From positions 366,152-430,151 of the forward strand of contig JAAOMT010000429.1 of assembly GCA_016748015.1 (NCBI GenBank): a DNA stretch of 64,000 bases, written 5' to 3'. The notes beneath the pieces are model-generated. The model saw only the letters and a program-made list of their open reading frames with translations. It was not told the origin of the DNA and did not search any database. Shown one piece after another: positions 39,009 through 52,840 of the stretch; the first letter of the stretch is position 1, and each line of letters starts with the position of its first letter. Both the position numbers and the translations under genes were made by a program. The stretch is from Geosiphon pyriformis uo1 (Eukaryota > Fungi > Glomeromycota).

Positions 39009-41141
39009 CTGCATAAAAAAAAGAAACTGAAACACAAAAGAATAATTTGCTAGATATTTTACCTGAATAAATTTGATTATAATATACAATATTACAAAAA
39101 AGTTTATTATTAAAACATCAATGTTCTTTTTAAACTTATTATTCAATAATAGTACAATTTTTTTAAACCAAACCAACTTAATTATTAGTAAAATTTTTTT
39201 AAATAAACACAATAATAGACTTAAATAACTATTTTGTCTTAATAAAATTTTTGTGTAAAAAACAATACTTACTGAACTATACTTAATAGCAAAAAAAACA
39301 TTTGTAAAAACAATCAAATTTTTATTTGATCTACCAAAATTAATTATACAAAAAAAATAGAAAAATTTTTGACTACTCTTAGAAAGTTATTAGATTTGAA
39401 GAAAGAGAAATTGTAATCTATAACATGTATATTAATCTATTGGCTGAACATTTTAAAAAAACTAAAACAATTCAGAAAACTTTTACTTATTATTATTAGT
39501 CTATTGTAAAAAAAAAACATTGTTAAGTATATTAAAACCTATAATATCTGTTAAATAAAAAAAAGTCCAATTACAAAAAAGACATCTATCCAATTTTTAT
39601 TGGTTAATTATTTGACAAAATTAGTATAAATGTTGTTGAATTTTTAATTATAACCCTTAATAACAATAAATATTTTATCACAACTACCAATTATCTTACA
39701 AAATGGGTAGAAACAAGAGCCATTTCAGATTAAACAACAGTTTTTATTGCTAACTTTATTTATAAAAATATTATTTGTTGCTATGGCTGTTTTAAAAAAC
39801 TTTTATTTGATAGAGAAAGAAATTTTCTTAGTACACTGGTTAAAAAACTTTGTAAAAAAATAAAAATTCGTTATAAACTCTTTTCTTTTTATTATTCTTA
39901 AACAAATAGGCTAATAGAACATTTTAATAGAACACTATATAAAATTTTAACCAAAACCAGTAAAAAAACAAACTTATAGAACAAAATACTGTTTTTAATT
40001 TTGTTTGCTTATAAGATTGTAAATTATAACATAACAAGTTATGAACTTTTTTATTTGCTCTATAAATAAATAGCAATATTACTAATAAAAACTAATATTA
40101 AGACAATACCCTTTGAAAAAATCATAATAAGAAATTATAAAGTCATTTTGCAAAAAAAACTTGGTACTATTTTTGACTTATTGATAAAAGCATAAATAAT
40201 TGTCTTTGAAAAGATAAAACAGTTTTAAAAAAAACTTAAGAAAAAAAAACTTTTAAAACACTTTCTTTAAGTATTAGTAACTTAGTTTTAGAATACTATT
40301 TAAACAAAAACAATATATATAGTAATAAATTCTCTAGCTAATAAAAAAATCCCTTATAGTCAACAAAGTTTTAAACAATAGTTTTTATATTTTACAAGAT
40401 TAATATAGAATAATCTTTAATAATTATTTTGCTTATAATACATAATTCAAAAAATATTACAAATAACCTAATTGGTTATTTGTTGTAATAATACCGACCC
40501 AAATAATCAACAAAAATCAACTATAAATAAATGTACTATTCTTAAAATAAAGGTATCTTTAATCAATATGAACAATTATTTCCTAAATTAAAACATTTAA
40601 AATGCTTTCTATATTTTCTATAAATATTGAATTAAAAATTATCTAAATACTACTTTGGCTATTAAAAAACAGATCATTATAACAAATAATAATGAAACAC
40701 ATACTATTATTAGACCAAAAAAAACCACTACCAAAAAAAAAATTTAATAACAAAATAGTTAAATATATACTTAAAAACATAATAGCAAATATATTATTAT
40801 CTTTCTATATACTTAAAAAAACAATTAAAAAAATTTTGTTTATAGACAAAAATTTGTTATATAAAAAATAACCAAAGCTCTATAGTCAATTTGGTAAAAT
40901 CATAAAAAACATAAAGCTTATAAAAAAAACAACTTCAAAAATGCAAATAAAAATTTTGGGCATTATATAATTAAATGTCTCAAGAGTTTTAACTATTGCT
41001 AAAAAAGCCAAAACTTTAATACAAAAATTTTGTTTTTTAAATACAAAGCTTATTTTATCTTAAGTATTATATATCTTATTTACAAAAAACTTTATCAAAC
41101 TAATTAGTTTTAAATTAGACAAAATTCTTTAAAAAGAATAA

Positions 41142-41868
41142 TATTATGATTGAAAACCATAGTTTTTATTAATTATTATATGTATTAACTACTAATGTTA
41201 TATAATTAACCACTATATTTTTAGATAGTAATTATTAATTTGATCAATAATCTGACTATTGATCTGATTATTAACCTAATTATTAATCTAATTATTAATT
41301 TGATTATTGACTTGATTATTAACTATTTTTAATAATTATATAAGCAATAAGTTCTTTAACTATAATAATATCAATAATTAAAGTAATAATATAAAATCTG
41401 CTATTAATTATTTTCTTTTATATTATTTATTTTCTTTTTCTTATTTTCAAATATCTGAATATCTTAGAATAAAAAATTATTTGTTAATATTTACATACTT
41501 AATTTTTTCTTTTTTTTTGATTTGTATTTATTAAAATTAACTTAAATAATAATTACTTGCTTTTGTAATTCATTAAATAAAAAAACAATTGAAAAACACA
41601 ATGATATCTGTTATTAATTTTAAGAATTACCAAATAAAACATAGAATAATAGTAGTGGTATTATTTTATTAACAATTACAGACTATTTTTTTATCTTTAG
41701 ATTTCAGAAAAAATTTGCAGCTGTAATTTTTATAAGACTGATTATACACATTAAATTCTTATTTATTCAATTTACTTTCTTATTGTAATTCTCTTTTTGA
41801 TTAATTTTATTACTTTACAATCCTGTTTTTTCTTATTATTTATTAGTTTGTTACTTTAATTTGTAATA
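41142..41868 (+). repeat. 3' LTR (727 bp)
   Basis: Colinear with the 5' LTR; preceded by the purine run AAAAAGAA (decayed PPT). Confidence 0.9.
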
Positions 41869-43255
41869 ATATTATTGTTTATTTTAAGTTTTTTTGAATA
41901 TAATTACAATTTTTTTTGCTTATTAATCTGTTTTAATAATAAAAATTAATATTAAAATTTTTTATAATAGATTTAAGACTAAATTAATTAATTTTTTTTA
42001 ATTATATAATTTTTAAGATAAATATATATGCTTTATTTTTTAATTTTATTTAATAACTATAATATACAATTTTTGCTTTTGTTTTTAAGAAAAAACTAAA
42101 TATTATAATTATAAAAACCAATATTTTAAGAAATTATTATACTTAATAAAAACTTTTAATATTAATATTATTTTAAGTATCAAGATTTTAATTAATTATT
42201 AAGTGTTTTTATCTTTTTTTTTAAGTTTTTATTCAAATTTGTAATTGATTTTAAGATTTTTAAATTTTATTTTATTTGTATTAAATTTTATATTAAAATT
42301 TCCCTTTTATTGGTTTTTATTATTATTGTGTTTTTGGCTATTTTTATTGTTGTTAAATTGTTAACTATTTAATTAATTCTTATTTGGCTTTTTTGGAATT
42401 TAAATTAATTAAATTGGCTTTGTTTATTAAGTTTATTATTAAGTTTATTAATATTAATAATTAAATTGATTAAAATTTTTTTTATTTGTATACTGAATTA
42501 AATAAAAATATATTAAAATTCAAAAAAATTGTTTTTTTTTAAAGATAATATGAACAAATTGCATAAAAAAATTAATAATAAAAATATAAGTATTTTTAAT
42601 TATAAAATTAATAAAAAAATAGTTATTTAAATAATGGCTTTTTAAAAACCTTTAAACTTTTAAAATTAAGTTGAAATTAAAGTAAAATAATTAAAAATAG
42701 TTGTATTTTAGTTGTTTATATAAATAAAATATTTTTTTAAAATAAATTTTTTTAATTAAATTCAACTTAATTTAATTTTAACTAATTATATATAGAAAAA
42801 ATATAAGTTATAATTATTTTAAGATTTTTGAATTTTATGTTATAGTTAATAATTAAATTATATTTTATTATAATATTAAAAAATAATAATATATATATAT
42901 ATATTGTTTTTTTATCAAATTAATTAATAAATAAAATAAAGTTAACAAATTTAAAATTTTTAAAATAAATATTAATATATTATTACAAATTAACAAATTT
43001 TAATTTAACAATAAAAACTTTATTAAATATTTCAAAAATATTTCAAATATTATAAAAAAAAATAGTAATAAAAACAAAAACAAAAACAAAAATTATAACA
43101 AATTTTGGGTTTTAAAAAAATTAACTTTAATTTTTATGTTATTAACTTAATTTTTTAAGTTAAATAAAAATATAATATATTTAATTAAAGTTATATATTA
43201 AAATTTTATTTATTCTTTGCAACAAAATGATTAATTTAAGCAAAAATATATATAG

Positions 43256-43999
43256 GTACCAAAATCCGATAATACAAATATACTCAAAATAAGAAACAAC
43301 ATCCCGATCGAATTACACAAGAACCATCAATATGAAACGCGAAACAGAATGAATCACCATGGCTTGTTTCCGTATATATCATGTGTTCAAGAATTGTGCA
43401 TTGACCGGCTTACCTGTTGGGTCGATTTAGTTTTTCCAAAACGACAACGCATGGGTGCTAAAGCTGAGATCTTGTGCTATTTGGTACTTAAAGAGTTTGT
43501 TAGACATTCACGGCGGGTGTATAGCATCACAATTCCCTTGCATCCAGTAACAAAACTGGCTAGGAAATACTGGTTTGATATAATGAAGATGCTTGAAAAG
43601 CATCAGCAAATCAACAAAGTCAATTTTTGGGGTTTCCGTATGCACGAAGATCCCGCTCAACTTGAAGACCAGTTCCAATTTCGTCACCATGTTTTTCATT
43701 TGATACGCAGTCAAAGGAAATTATCGTATGTGAACTTTTTGCAAATTGGAAGACCACTATTAATCTGCTTAAAAGCCCTGACACTTTCTCCCCGATCTAC
43801 TTTACAAAACATGAAATTTCGATTTGTGCATTTTTGCTCGATGGCATTTGATCATCTAAAACATTTAGATTTTTTACACAATTTTGAATTTTTGGGTTTT
43901 GAGAAGTGTACTCATGGTGTCAATCAAACTTCATTTAAACTTTGAGGATCTACGATTTTTAAATGGAAAAATGTCACGGAAGCCACATGTTGGGACTAA
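43256..43999 (+). pseudogene. 5'-truncated F-box/RNI-like gene (uncertain family), possibly with a premature TGA
   Basis: The frame is open from the edge of the AT desert (~43256) through ORF 43349-43945 (LFPYISCVQEL..., LRR-like periodicity). After the TGA it continues as GSTIFKWKNVTEATCWD*. Confidence 0.45.
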
Positions 44000-46249
44000 T
44001 CCCAAATATATTCATTTTGTTAGAAATAAATAGTGGTCAAATGTAGATGGATTTAGGTTAGATTAGCAAAAACGAAAATAGTTTATTTTTTTTTTCTTAA
44101 ATCGTGTTCCTTGTCTTAAATTAGGCGTTTGTTTTTCTGATTTGTTTTATCCTTTTTTTTAACCTCAATTTTGATCTCGGCTATTTCCCCATCATTAAAA
44201 CAATTATTTCAACTATTGCATTCGAAAACTAAAATTTGTTGAAAATACCAAAGAATTTTAAAATCGGTTATATTTTGAAGGCCTAAATAACAAATATAAA
44301 TATTCTCAAAAATAATTTTTTTATTAATAAATTAATTGTTTTAATAAAAATTATTTAAAAACAAATTTTAAGTTGCAAGATTTAAACCGTTTATTTTTTA
44401 CACTCATTATTGATGATCAATGTTTTTTGAAAGAAAATTCTTTCGAATCAAGTTAAAATTATGGTGATTGAATGGGGATATGTTGCAATAATGTTTTGAT
44501 TTTGATTCATATAATCGGTAAATCCAAACCAAATAAATCAACCCTGCACGAAATAGCGATTTTTACTTTGTTCTGTTGGTTGGTGCGTGGGGATTATCCC
44601 ATTTGAAGCAAAAATTTATTTTATTGTGCTTTTGACAGGTAAAAAAGTTAATCCAAGATTAAGTTCAAAAGTTTTCCCGAATTAATCTTGATTAAGCAAT
44701 ATCAAGCATAATTCAAATCTCGTTACAATAACACTTTGAAGTAATAATTTTGAACAGAATTTTCTATTTATTATATATTAAAATTCAATAGAGTAACATC
44801 TCATTGTAATAGCAAAAGATTCAAGATCGACAATTTATTTATCTCCACAATTTTAACATTTGACATAATTAGGAATTTCTGCAAAAATATTCCATGGTCG
44901 AAAAAATCTTATCATGACTGATAATTAATTTCTTTGTTTCCTCTTTCTTTGATCCAAGATTTTTAAATTAAAAAAGCCTGTAAATTTCTTTCAATTTCAC
45001 CTGGTATATGAGTGCAGCAGATATTTTTATGGTTGGGATCTAAATTGAGTAATAGTTTTTTTTCTAATATCATTTTCGTAGTGTTATATTATGCTGTTTA
45101 CATATAAGTAAATCAAAAGCCTGGACCAAAAGAGATATATTCATTTTCTAATTTAAAATTCGTGTCTTCAAAACACTAATAATTCCTATATAAACCCCTT
45201 TGTTATCTCAATCATACTTGCTTTTTTAACGTCAAATTCCTTTATACCAAAAAATAGCTTACTGAAAAAAAACAAAAGTAAATAAGTCCTAAGAACAGGG
45301 TTTTCGTCTCGTACGAAACCTCATAGAGCAATCTTCTTGACTGATACTTTATTCTTTGGTTACGATCATGAATCTATTATCGTTAACCAAGAATAGTTAC
45401 TTGGCTTTGACCGCTATTACCGCACTCATGGTCGCTTTTTCATCCTCTATTCCAATATTTCTCATGATCAACGTGGACTCGGTTACATGATAGAGATGAA
45501 TATTCTTCGCTCGTTATTCGAAATACGATCGGTATACGATTTAAACGAATCTTTTAGGTGCTGCGACTTTGGATCATCCTATTAACTTCCACATACTCTC
45601 ACGTCGCTAACAATTTCATAACCCAATTGGTTCCCTAAAAATTTCTTTCTTTTACATAGATCCCAATCAGTTACTCTCATAAAAGTAAATATTTCCTTAC
45701 ATTCCACATAAAATTCAAAAAATACATAGTTATTAAAGATAAAGTTGTACATAAATGAAATAATACTTTCCAAAGCATTTCCCTTTTTTCAAGAAATTCC
45801 CTGGATTCTTTGGCATTTCTTTTTATCCTATCACTTCATTTCTAAAAGATTTTCATTTTTCTATCAAAATTATCATTATCTTGCAACCCAGCGTTCTTTA
45901 CCTCTATATATACAAACATACAAAAAAATAATTGATCTCAAACTAAAAATTTAAACTTTATTCTTTGATAGATAATTTTGTTTTGTTTTGTTTTTGCTTT
46001 GCCTACATTCATTTGAGATAGTTTAGTTAGAATTCTATCTTCGATTTCCATAGCACATATTCAGAAATAATCATTTGCAGCTATAGAAAAATTTTACAAT
46101 TTGTGCAGTTAACGAAAAATATGATACACTTATTCATGTGAAATTGATTAAGAGTTTAAAAGTCCTCAATAAAAATTTGATCTTATAGAGCGTACAATTT
46201 TGATTCTTTAGATTTAAATATTAGAAAATGTAAAAGTATCAATTTTTGA

Positions 46250-47660
46250 ACTTGTTAAATTATCCTAGAATTGGCTAAATACTCATAAAACGTGTTTTTA
46301 GAATTATTATATGAAAAAAAGCCAAATAAATGAAGTGTGAGTTAATTATTGAACTTGATTTTCATAAATTTAATTATATTTTCAAATTTTAATTGTTATA
46401 ATAAATTTAATATTTTTTAAATTCTTAAAAATCTTTTTAATAAAATTGTTCTTAAAATAATTTTATTTTAAATAAAATTTTGCTAATTGTTATCACAAAA
46501 TATATTTTTAAAAAAATTAGAATATTTAACTTTTAAAATTTAATTATAATATATATATTAAAAAAATGATATTTCAATAATTGATGTTTTTATAATTTTA
46601 TTATAAATATTAATATATATATAACTTAATTTAAATAATTATAAAATATTAAATCTGTGACTATAACTCATTTAATAATATAGGTTTTTTGTGTTTAATT
46701 TTAGAAATATAGTATAACTTAAATAACTAGTTATATATAGTAAGAACATAAGTCATGTCTAATTTACAACTTATAAAAATAATATCATAATATTATAATA
46801 AAATAACATAATTTTAAATTTTATAATAAACATTTTATTTTGTGTTTAATTAATAATAAACAATATATAAATATTTGTTATTTAATTAATTCTGATTTTA
46901 TAAATTTATATATGAAATTATATTATTATTTAATATATATACAAATAAAAATTTACTTATTTAAATTATTATATATATATCATTCATGTTTTTTTATACA
47001 AAAAGTTTTTAATTAAGTTTTTGTAAATTGTATTAATTTTTTAACATAAATAATTATTTATTTATTTAAAAAATACAGCTCAATTACTATTTAATACAAT
47101 ATAATAATCAAGTATTCTAACTTTTAATATAATTAGTTATTATAAATAAAAATTGTATTTAAATTATAATTTTATATATTATATAAATTTTTTTATATTA
47201 TAATTATATATAATAACATAATTTTTAAATTTTAAATTTTATTAATGCTAACTAAATATATTAATATTAAAATTTTTTAATATAATAATTTAAATTGTTT
47301 AAGTTAATTATGGTTTTATTTTTGTATTTTTATGTTATTAAAAATTATATTTTTTTAATCTTTAAATAAATTATTATTGTTTAAAGTTAAATTATTATTA
47401 AATATTAAAAAAAAAACTGAAAATAACACATAATAAAAACAGCTTATGTAAATTAAATTTATATAGAAATCTTAAAAATATTATTTTAATTAAATAATAA
47501 TAATATTAAAAAAATATTTAATAATAAAAATATTTAAAATATAAGCAATAATTAATGATTTTATAATTTAAATAATTTTTATTAATGATATAAACAATGT
47601 TATTAGTAATTTTATGTGAAAAATAATATGTAAAAAATTATTATTTATTTTATTTCTAAT
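46250..47660. mobile_element. Extremely AT-rich decayed repeat block
   Basis: Near-absence of CpG and a sharp boundary at ~47660; no readable motifs. Confidence 0.35.
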
Positions 47661-48486
47661 AACAAGTGTGGTCCAATCACTATCTAAAACTATACAACAT
47701 ACAAGTCGTAATTTAGACGTGACTTATGGCTTCCCACACGTGACCGGCCACCCGAATAATAGTAATAATAATATTTGATAACAATAAAATAATTTGTGAT
47801 ACTATAAAAAAGTGGAAGATGATTAAGGATTAATCCAGGGTAATTTTTTTCATGCCTCTAATCTCAAATACCTGACAAAAGAAACTAAATTTTAATCCAG
47901 ATTTACCTACTTTTTTGTAGTAGAAGCAATAGATAGACAGAGATCACGTTCATATCAAATTAACACTTTCATTGATCAAAGGTTTGTGAATCAACTTAAA
48001 GAATTTTCAGCAAAGATAAGCATTTGAGAGTTTATCAACTTATCTGTTAATATTCTTGAATTATTAAAATTCGTTGGAAATTGACCAATCTATACTCCTG
48101 GTAACCATGAGGGAACGGAACCTTTTTACTGTATTAATACTTGTTACATGATCAACTGTTCGGCCGCTAGAGTGCTTCGGCCACTCGACAGTCTCGGTTT
48201 TTGGTAAGAAAAATCCTTTGATCCTATTCACACTCCATAAATATATAATGAGATTGGCGAGCATGAATGCTTGCAACGATCGTGGGTAATCACAAGGGAT
48301 ATGCGCATTTTTAAATAGAAAATCTAAAAACTTGGAGGTTCAGCCAGTCTACTTTTTTTGTCAATAAAGCTTTAAAATCGTATTCCTAAACGATTCATTT
48401 CAAGTTATCGTTTCGCTTTTTATTGCGAATAATTACTGAAAAACACGTCTTTTTTTCGGAAGAAATCCCTTAAAGAAAACAAACTA

Positions 48487-51400
48487 ATGGCCACTGCTTA
48501 CGCTGCACATATTCGCCCAATAACTCATCCCAAGCGTGTGAAACTTGTTTCAACTTGCGATAATTGCAAAAACCGTAAAGTTAGATGTGACAAAACGCGA
48601 CCTTCTTGTGGTGCTTGTACCAAGACAGCTCGTACTTGCAGCTACACATATTCGGCCATTTCCGAATGGCTTCGTGAGAGTGGTGGTGCCGGTACGGGAG
48701 CAAGGGCAAGGCAAATGCAAGAAAAGTTAAATAATCTTCAGACTACGCAAGAACGTCGAATAGATCAAACACAGAATTTTATTTCAATGGTTCTTCGTGG
48801 CACTGGGATGCCTGCGAGATCAGATATGGGAGTGCAAAAGCCTCCGACTGACGAAGTGGAGTATGTTCCGGTAACTGAGGTCTGTTATATATATTATGAT
48901 ATCAAAAAAAAAAAATGAAAGCAGAACTCCCATTTAACATTTATGCTAAATTCTTTCTAGAATCAAGATGGTCTGTTTCCTCCGAGCAATAATCAGGATT
49001 TAGCCCATTCTGTTTTACAGCACTCAACTGAAATTGCCTCGAGGATTCCAAGAAATTATGAACAATGTCAGGTTAGGACAAATTCCATTAAAACAATTAT
49101 TAGATTTTCTACCCGAATTTTTATTCGCATTTTTTTAGTTTTCAACACAAGCGGATTATAATTACTTGAAACTGTTTATTCACAAAGGAAATTAATTTTT
49201 AATCATGATAGTACGATCCAACTTATTTTCTAAATTCCGTGGATTTCGCTGTACTCGCACAACAGGTACCACCAACTCTTTCAATACCCTCCCCTCCATT
49301 ATCCTACAAATCAGAATCAAATCAATCAAGGTCAAGCGAAAAAATGCGCATAGAAGAACTGGCCTCAGCGCTCGAAGATTTGAATATTTACCAGTCAACC
49401 AGATATATTGGTGAAGGATCTTTATTATTACTTGGTGATGAGGATGACAACGGAGAAAAATTTATTCCACAAGGTGATCAAGACCTTTCAGCCGTACGTG
49501 AATCATTGAAATACTTGCCTGATCCAGATACGGTCAATTGCTTGATCTTTTTGTATTATCAGGTTAGTTTAACAACATCACGTGATTTGAATGTATAAAT
49601 AAAATATTAAGACTAAATTCATTATGAATAGCATCTTCATCGATATGCTCCTTTTCTTCGCAAAGAAGTTGTACGCAATGCGCTTCAAAATCTATCAAAG
49701 CCGCAACATTTACTCTTACTTAACTGTATCTTTTTCGCCGCGTCACCATTTCATGAAGACCCTCAAAGGAGAGACGGCAGAGTTTATTTTGACAGAGCTG
49801 AAGGTATTGAAGTTCAGATTAGAAATCAAGATTTTTAATATTCGTTAGAAGTCCAAATATATTTCTAAAATTTGAAAATATAGCTCTTCTCTTTGAATAT
49901 TGTCGCACTCAACCCCATGTGTTGACTGTCATTGCGACGGTTATTTTGGGTCGTCATAATAAACAGGTATATATAAATATTATCCAGAAAATTTAATATG
50001 ATCTTTTGCCAAAAGTGATTTTTGAAAATTTTAGCAATAACCCAACATTTCACTTCTGTCAGCCTGTGTCAGAATGGATGTACAATGGTATTGCGACCAA
50101 AATGTTGTTTGAGCTTGGTCTTCATCGAACAATGAAAAATATTAAAATAAAAATGGTCAAGGAAGTGGCTAGAATGAGAAACGAAGCATTTTGGATGACA
50201 TTTATTTCAGAAAAGTAATCTTTAATTTTACATTAAATAAAGTTTTCTTTTCTTTTCTTTTATCTTAACTCTAATGATTGACATTAATAATGAGGCAAAG
50301 TTTTTTCTCCAAAGCTTTATATCAGCGGCCTATGGTCGACCCAATATGATCGAAGAGAATGATTGTGATGTAGAAGTTCCTGAATTGCCAGCCGATCTAA
50401 ACCCAATCGATGAAGATTCGCGACTACACATTGCTTTCATATACTGGACCATGCTTAGCCGTATTTGTGTTAGGGTTCGCAAATATTTATATGCTACTAC
50501 AAGAATGAAGTTTCTTGTACAAGAAGATGAGAATAGGTCTAGGATTTTAGATGCCCAACTTGGAAATTGGTTTCAATCACTTCCCCAATGGTTAACTTTC
50601 CAAGAAATGTCCCAAGATCTTGAGGGAAGTTTGTTAAATGGTATCGGAGGTAAGAGAATTATTAGAATTATGATCAAAATAACTTATTACACAAGAAATC
50701 TCACCAAAGTATTTTTCCAATTTATCTAGGTGATTTGCACCTCTTTTTTTATACAGTCCTTATTCTCCTCCACAGTAGACACCTTAAGACTCAAGGTGGT
50801 TTTGTCGACTACGCAATTTATCCTTCTAATGCACCTACAACATGTACTCAAGCGGCTAAGATTATTGTAACCTGGCTCGATATATTGCTCTCCAATGTTC
50901 CCGAATTTTTTGCTCATAGCGTCTGTGGACCTTTTGCTATTAATCCAGCAATGAGAGTTTTTCGATGGAATGCAGAATACGCGTTCGACACGAATGATTC
51001 GATCGCTAGAGAAGCAGCCATGGGAATGATTGAACATCTGAACAGTATCAAAAATCGAATCACCGAGATTTCTCGACAATACGATAGAGGACGCCAAAAT
51101 GAAGATAATCCATTGGGTTATCACTCTCATTCATTTATGTTGAATGGTTTGCTAGGAAATGAAAATCCAGATTCCGATGAAGGACTTGACATTAGCTCAC
51201 GAGAAGAGGAAGTTTACATTGCCGATGATGATTTCGCATTGAGAAGTCAATTTAGAAGAATTGCTTGGAAACAACAAAGTTATATATTCAACAAAAGAAG
51301 ATTGACAAGGGGATATAGCGGAAGTTCTACAGGTAGCCCTAGCAGACAAATGAGTTGGGCTTCAACCTCTGGAGGATCAGGGCCAACTCGACAAATGAGT

Positions 51401-52219
51401 TGGACGACCTCAATTGCTGGGACAACTAGAAAAATGAGCAGCAATTCATTTAAAGTTTATAATAATCGGTGGGATCCGAGTTTTCAATTATCACAACCGC
51501 TTAACGAAGAACCACAAAGCTTTAGCGAATCACCAAAAGATGGTGATTTCAATTTCACATTTATCACCGAAAAGAGAATCGAATTTCCTGTATATGAGCC
51601 GTCACCTGATCAAATTGAAATTGAGAGGAGACAAAAAGCTGAACAAGAATTATTTAGTCCTGATCCTGAACCCACATCATATATCTCTCCACAATTATCC
51701 TCTTCTATATACAGCCCCTTACTTGATGGGTCTATTGTATCTTCTTCACCTCCCCCCAATAAGCCTTCACAAACCCGATATCAATTAGATGAAACTCAAC
51801 ATCGAATTATAAGATCACAAGATCATAATTCAGAAGACAATAACCCATTCTACGAATTTTCTTATGCACAACTACCAATGACACCTCCACATCAGAATTA
51901 TTCTAAAGACACTCCAAACATGAATTTCCTAAATGATAATGATTCTCTCAATTCTATTATATGGTCGTCATCGGCACAAGTACGAAACCCTTTGCGTACA
52001 GCTTCCAATACTTCCTCGACTTCTGCCATGCTAACTCCACCTCTTGGACCGAATGACGAACAGCTTAATGGTCCATCGCTTGATGATCTAGCCGGGGATG
52101 GGTTTTGGGATACATTCAAAAATGATAGCCTTGTAAATAATGATAACGAGGATCCTCTTGGGAAATCTGTCGATAGTTATATTGGTGGTGGTAATTTAGC
52201 AGGGAAAAAAGTAACATGA
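48487..52219 (+). CDS. Zn(II)2Cys6 binuclear-cluster transcription factor with fungal-specific TF (middle homology) domain
   Basis: CDNCKNRKVRCDKTRPSCGACTKTARTC; LFELGLHR..RNEAFWMTFISEK..SAAYGRP; multi-exon GT-AG structure; acidic Ser/Pro-rich C-terminus; stop at 52219. Confidence 0.93.
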
Positions 52220-52840
52220 CGAAACTTGATCCAAAATTTCGTTAAAATATGGAAATTTGTACTTTTTATTTTTGCATCCATCCTTTCATGTGATGGGGCA
52301 ACTTGATATTTTTGACATTGTTTTGGCAACTATTTTTGCACAACTAAAAAAGAATTCGCTTCGCATTTCAAAACACATACAAAGCTTTTTCAAAATTATC
52401 AACGGCTCAACTAGGCATGTTACCTGACAATTTTGGAACCGAAAGCTCCCATCTTAAACCTTTTTGTAATTTAATGTCATTTCTTTCTCTATTCGGCTCA
52501 AGCGCTAAAATTTTGGGATTAGTCTCATCATTTCAATAAAATAGGCTTAGTGAAATCGCCGACTTTGAGAGGCAATTAGAAAGGATGAAAAACATGGAGA
52601 ATTTTGACATCTTGATTTTCAAAATTAGATTAGTTTTATAGGTGAGAAACTTAACAAATGAGATTTGGGGTGACTCATTTGAGTTGATATGATAGTCGGG
52701 CAAAATTATAAAATCGGGCCAAAAGATTTACTTTTATAAAGAAAATCTCTAACGCGTTCTCGATTATCTAGAAAGACGCGACGAAAGAGTCTTTGCTATA
52801 CAATTTTTTCGCTTTTTGCAATACTTGGCTTTGTATTACC

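Larger units (their letters stand above)
33345..41868 (+). mobile_element. Ty3/Gypsy LTR retrotransposon, dead and hypermutated, with two nested solo LTRs
   Basis: Direct LTRs with TSD ATAT (33341-44 and 41869-72) and a PBS. Domain order: protease (LILNSRLS < LILDSGSS, ~35215), RT (~36100-36650), RNase H (~36850-39130, interrupted), integrase (YLTKWVE, FNRTL, ~39300-40100). Confidence 0.92.

Noticed and set aside
38988-39317. 109-aa minus-strand ORF, plus similar ORFs at 1419-1670 and 3125-3313
   Set aside because: F/I/L/K/N-rich shadows of AT-rich or decayed transposon DNA; no domain signal.
45230-45954. Moderately GC-rich stretch with short ORFs
   Set aside because: No consistent frame, splice chain or RNA structure found; left as intergenic.
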